64,000 nucleotides of DNA from Candidatus Poribacteria bacterium (GTDB taxonomy: Bacteria; Poribacteria; WGA-4E; WGA-3G): the NCBI GenBank assembly GCA_965197475.1, contig CBDANF010000003.1:3840001-3904000 (forward strand), read 5' to 3'. Positions 59,740 to 64,000 of the stretch are shown here, piece by piece. How positions within the stretch are numbered: position 1 is the first letter of the stretch; each line of letters begins with the position of its first letter. Below the pieces are notes generated by a model. The model did not search any database. It worked only from the letters and a program-made list of their open reading frames with translations, and had not been told where the DNA came from. The position numbers were made by a program, and so were the translations under genes.

Positions 59740-59990
59740 ATGGATATTGAACACCTTTTTTCTGATATTGACGACTTTTTTATTGGCTTCGAAAAACAAA
59801 TGGCTTCCCAACCTTTACCAGATACCGAAGCCCTAAAAAGCGTAATCGTCCCTCAAAACTTCATAAAAGTGAGGTCATGACGATACTTGTGGCTTTCCAT
59901 CAAAGTGGGTGTGGTAGCTGCGTTAATTGCGTATACATATCGGTTAAAGAAACCTTCTATAGATATTGTGGCACTTCAGGAAAATACAAA
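59740..59990 (+). pseudogene. IS982-family transposase remnant: N- and C-termini joined, core deleted
   Basis: AAGGAG then MDIEHLFSDIDDFFIGFE; shifted frame KRNRPSKLHKSEVMTILVAFHQSG; then VVAALIAYTYRLKKPSI. Confidence 0.75.
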
Positions 59991-61105
59991 TAATACCATT
60001 TCTTGTATATATTTATCCTTTTAAAAGTTTTCAATTTCTGCTACACTTTTTCCAATTATACAAATCATAGGATTGACACCAATGCACATAAAGCCTCCAG
60101 AGATTACAGAAAGTGTTTCAGAGTTGAAAAGCCTGTTGAGAAAGACACCCGTAGGTTATCAAAAGCAAAGATTGACAGCCCTTTACCTATTTCGCAGTGG
60201 TCACGCGACAACTCGCAAACAAGCAGCCGCGCTGATAGGTGTTAACCGAAAAACGATTGGACACTGGATAGCGACTTATGAGTCCGAAGGACTTGATGCG
60301 CTTTTGGATCGGCATTATTCCCCGGGGCATCCCCCTCGGCTATCTAAAGAACAACAAGATCTGTTGATAACAGACTATATTGCCGAAACCTTCGGTGTCC
60401 AAATGAACTATAAAACTGTTCACGCGTTAGTTCGCTATAAATGGAAAGCCAAACTCAAAGTGCCTCGCAAAAGTCATAAAAAAACCAAAAAGCGTGTGAT
60501 GCGTTCGCTGCCAACTTCACGATAACCGTTGAGAACGTGATTTCGCAGCACACATCATCTTTTCAAAACGCCCGACTTTTTTGCCAAGATGAGTCAAGAT
60601 GCGGTCTTTTGCCTGTGTCGTCTCGGCGTATTACTGTGTCCGGTGTCAAACCGATTGCCAACATCAATTACACTTTCCAGAACCTTTATCTATACGGTGC
60701 TGTGGAACCGATAACAGGAGAAAGTTTCTTCCTTGAAATGTCCTGGCTCAATGGTGTCTGTTTCCAAGTATTCATCGATGAGTTAGCAAAGACTTTTCCA
60801 GAGACGCTAAATATCCTTGTGCTTGATAATGGTCGTTTTCATCAGGCGAAGTCTTTACAACTTCCTGACAACATCGCCTTGATTTTTCTACCCCCTTATA
60901 GTCCAGAGTTGAACCCGATCGAAAGACTCTGGCAAGACATCAAAGCCAAATTGTTTCAGCACACATTGGGGTCAATAGAGGAAATGCAGGACAAAATCAC
61001 ACAAATCTTGAGAAAGTATACGAAGGCAGCTATTGCCCAAATCACAAATTTTAAATATTTCACGAAAGTCGCAAATGGGAATATAATTATTGAGAAATGG
61101 TATTA
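59991..61105 (+). mobile_element. IS630-family insertion sequence; transposase in two frames (60073-60525 and 60537-61106)
   Basis: Perfect 13-bp inverted ends TAATACCATTTCT and AGAAATGGTATTA including TA; HTH ORF, A7 slippery site at 60478-60484 with an open -1 frame; FCQDESR, VLDNGRFH, PPYSPELNPIERLW. Confidence 0.92.
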
Positions 61106-61208
61106 GCATCGCGAGGTACAAGGACTCCGCGCTACAATCGGGGTAATTGGATATAAGAAGTACGTTGTGGTGCAAGCTGACAGTTTTCGCTACAGAATTC
61201 ACGTTCCC

Positions 61209-64000
61209 CTACTTGAGGACCACGATCTTACCAACTTTCTGCGCGCGTACATCACCTTTGGTAGCAGTGAATTTGTAGATATAGACACCGTTGGCGAGGG
61301 GTTCACCATCTGCATCCAAACCATCGTAGTGGTATTCATTGTAAGAGGTTGCCGCATCAAGCGTATCAACAGTAGTGATAAGCTTGCCTGTAAGTGTATA
61401 TATTTTGAGGCTAACCTTGTCCGCGCTTGTCGTGAGATAGTAGGCAAAGTCTGTCCCCTTTCCTGCGCCTTGTCCAGGACGGAACGGGTTTGGAAAGTTT
61501 GCGATGTTTTTGATTTCAAATCCACCTGAAACCCTGGCTATTCGCTCGGTGTCCGCTACATTACCGTTTGCATCCTGCGCCTGCAATCGAATTCGGTACT
61601 TGCCTACTTGCAACGGATTGAGCGGTGTATAGGTTATCAGAAGTATGTTGCTGCTTGTTGGAGAAGCAGATATTGTGTACTCATCTTGTGGGACGCGATT
61701 ACCATTCTTGGTGAGAATAATATTCTCTGGACGGGGATCAATGCCGTTTGCATCCTCAATCCTTGCTGAGATTGTTGGTGTATCAGAGATATAATCCCCA
61801 TCAATAAATCCTTGATTTTCAACGGTTAATTCCATGGAGGGTCGTTCAGAATCTGTGTGGGACAGCAGTGCGAATGTGCCGGGCAGTTTTACCTCCGCAG
61901 ATATAGTTTCACCGTTCTTTATCTGCTTTCCGACCCGAATCCAGTTGCCCGTTTCATCGTCTTGCATATAAATGTGTGCCGCTTCGCTCTCGGTTTTCAA
62001 AAACGTTGCCGTGCCTGTCAATTCAGTTTGTTGGTTGAAGTCCAGCGAATATACAATAGGTGTTGTCTGTTCGGTCACTGTAGGAATGTGGATAATGTCC
62101 GGTTGGTTTGTAATGGTTAACGCTTTTGTTTCAAACGTCATTGTTGTGTGCGTTTGAAGACTCCCAGGTGGAATTGTGACGCGAAAAATCCCATCTGAAC
62201 TCTGAATTGGTTTGTTAATATTTTCAGGTGCAAGGAAGATACGATTGTTTTCAAATTTCCGTGATGCGCTGTTGTTATGCTCGCTCTGTTCAATAAGAAT
62301 ACCATCCGGCTGTTGTTCCGATGGCATATCTACAAATACCGTAACAAGGTATGTACCGGGAGCAGGTTGCCACGGCACACTTGCTGTGACACGACCCTCG
62401 GGAGGAACTTCTCGCAGTATCTGAACATTTCCAATAGGTGTCGCACTCTGAAGTGTCTCAAGCGTAACCTCTTGTGTCTCAGCATTACTAGTCGATGGCA
62501 TTTGAAAAAAACGGACAGGCACATTTTTTGCAAAAAGAGAACCTTGATTTTCGATATGTGCAGAAAGATGAAATGGCGCATCAGTGTCCCATGTGATAGT
62601 GTGTTCTAAAACGACGAGATCCGCTTTACCCACATCATAGGTGACAACTTCTGTCTGAAGTATGCGTCCAGTCTTTGGTTTCACAAGTAGGTAATAATCA
62701 ATTTGCTTATCTGATGAATATGGGGGGATAGGGTGTTCAGTTCTATAGGTTGTTCCTTCATGACGAACCATCCGAATAGGGTCTGCCTCTGTGCGACGGT
62801 CTTCTATAACATACAGACTCCAATAGAGTGTTATTTCGTCAATTGCACTTTCATTGACCACGTCAACGTAAAAATGGACAGGTTGATTGAGTGGAACGGG
62901 ATAAGGTTCAATACGGATGTTTTTGATATATCGTTCAAGCGGAATATAATCAGTATATCCTATTGCATCTTCTTTGGCATTCCATGCGTAAACTCTCATA
63001 TTCCATGCATCAAAAGCACTGTTGAAGGGGATCTGTATTTTTGCTTTGAACTTTCCATCAACTACCGCTACGGTTTCCATCCGAGGGGCATTGTCTATAG
63101 AGCGTTGAACAACCGTATCTGATGGACTGCGTTTTGGACGCCTCTTTTTTATATTTCTATCCGGCATGTTCGGAAGGACAGTTATCTCTGCGTCCCCGTT
63201 AAAATCAGGGTTAAGTAGTTTCCCAGAAACAGACAACAACGTTTCTGTCTTGAACCCATCTTGATTAACTTCCTCGTCTACATCAACTGTTACTTGCAGC
63301 TGCGTGTGTGGTAATCTCAACCGAGTCGCTGGATCCCCGAAAAGTGTGAAGACATCAGCGAGATCGAGGTATCCTGGTGCGTTAATCAGAAACTGTGTTT
63401 TCGCTTCGGCAAGGATGGCACCGACATTCTGGGTATTGTTGCTAAAGATAACCTTAAAAATCTCTTCATTGAGGATATGATCTTGCACTAATAGTCCGAT
63501 GCTGGTTCCACCGATAACGGCGATGGCACCCCCACTTTCCGAACGGAGGAATTCTTCAGCGAGGCAACCTGTGGGACTGTCAAATTCACCAGTAAAACAG
63601 GTCATACTGATAACAAAAGGCAGCTGCGAAATATTAGTTAAGTTTTTGTGTGGGTCCTCCAAATCCATCATACGGCTGGACGACCAGACACCTCCACCAC
63701 CATGACCAATATAATTAACGAGGCACGCGCCATCGTTGAACCCATCAATAACCTGTCGACCAACGGGAGTGCTGCCTTCACCTAAGGATAGTTCTTCTTC
63801 GACTGTTGGGGGCGCATAGATACGCTTAGTTTCGTATTTGGCATTGAGGCTTTTCTCATCAATTAGTCCATCGGTTTGAGCGTGAAATTCCTCGTCTGAA
63901 CCTGCAAGCATAAGTATACGTTTGTGCCAGGGCCCTATTTCAGCAGTGGTCTCATAGTTGATTGCACGTTCAACGAATATCCGGACATCTACACTATTTG
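61209..64000 (-). CDS. Peptidase C25 (gingipain/PorU-like) with Ig/CARDB domains and FlgD-Ig/T9SS-type C-terminal domain; 5' end lies beyond the window
   Basis: Frame open to the window end; VNYIGHGG (His), VISMTCFTGEFD (Cys), GGAIAVIG, LFGDP; CARDB-like EQSEHNN; NFPNPF...VSLKIYTLTGKLI...LANGVYIY...KIVVLK. Confidence 0.88.
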   Translation of the reverse strand, partial: NSVDVRIFVERAINYETTAEIGPWHKRILMLAGSDEEFHAQTDGLIDEKSLNAKYETKRIYAPPTVEEELSLGEGSTPVGRQVIDGFNDGACLVNYIGHGGGGVWSSSRMMDLEDPHKNLTNISQLPFVISMTCFTGEFDSPTGCLAEEFLRSESGGAIAVIGGTSIGLLVQDHILNEEIFKVIFSNNTQNVGAILAEAKTQFLINAPGYLDLADVFTLFGDPATRLRLPHTQLQVTVDVDEEVNQDGFKTETLLSVSGKLLNPDFNGDAEITVLPNMPDRNIKKRRPKRSPSDTVVQRSIDNAPRMETVAVVDGKFKAKIQIPFNSAFDAWNMRVYAWNAKEDAIGYTDYIPLERYIKNIRIEPYPVPLNQPVHFYVDVVNESAIDEITLYWSLYVIEDRRTEADPIRMVRHEGTTYRTEHPIPPYSSDKQIDYYLLVKPKTGRILQTEVVTYDVGKADLVVLEHTITWDTDAPFHLSAHIENQGSLFAKNVPVRFFQMPSTSNAETQEVTLETLQSATPIGNVQILREVPPEGRVTASVPWQPAPGTYLVTVFVDMPSEQQPDGILIEQSEHNNSASRKFENNRIFLAPENINKPIQSSDGIFRVTIPPGSLQTHTTMTFETKALTITNQPDIIHIPTVTEQTTPIVYSLDFNQQTELTGTATFLKTESEAAHIYMQDDETGNWIRVGKQIKNGETISAEVKLPGTFALLSHTDSERPSMELTVENQGFIDGDYISDTPTISARIEDANGIDPRPENIILTKNGNRVPQDEYTISASPTSSNILLITYTPLNPLQVGKYRIRLQAQDANGNVADTERIARVSGGFEIKNIANFPNPFRPGQGAGKGTDFAYYLTTSADKVSLKIYTLTGKLITTVDTLDAATSYNEYHYDGLDADGEPLANGVYIYKFTATKGDVRAQKVGKIVVLK

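Overview
Bacterial chromosomal window with moderately low GC. It is most consistent with Candidatus Poribacteria; this is an inference from three PhyH dioxygenases, LamG proteins with a W-G-x-I-K tail, and a WD40 gene beginning GLPEGVKARLGKG. Housekeeping genes: gpmI (partial), prs, mazG, cimA, dacB, an LL-DAP aminotransferase-like gene, dapB, lipA, selC, selB, two lepB paralogues and lepA. These are interspersed with secreted and repeat proteins, two identical inverted IS1595 copies, IS5, IS630 and IS982 elements or remnants, several MITE/REP-like repeats and frameshifted pseudogenes. Best candidates for undescribed biology: (1) a HigB toxin paired with a partner that keeps HigA-like toxin-binding helices but carries 14 TPRs in place of the HTH; (2) a gap-free C-terminal motif V-x-P-x-G-K-x4-W-G-x-[IL]-K on four secreted proteins of three different folds, in the same window as a PorU-like C25 peptidase and duplicated signal peptidases; (3) a 1119-aa degenerate Prim-Pol/Cys-cluster/helicase-like/wHTH protein; (4) a duplicated, covarying pseudoknot-like RNA motif. 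All family assignments come from motif recognition by eye; no searches were run.
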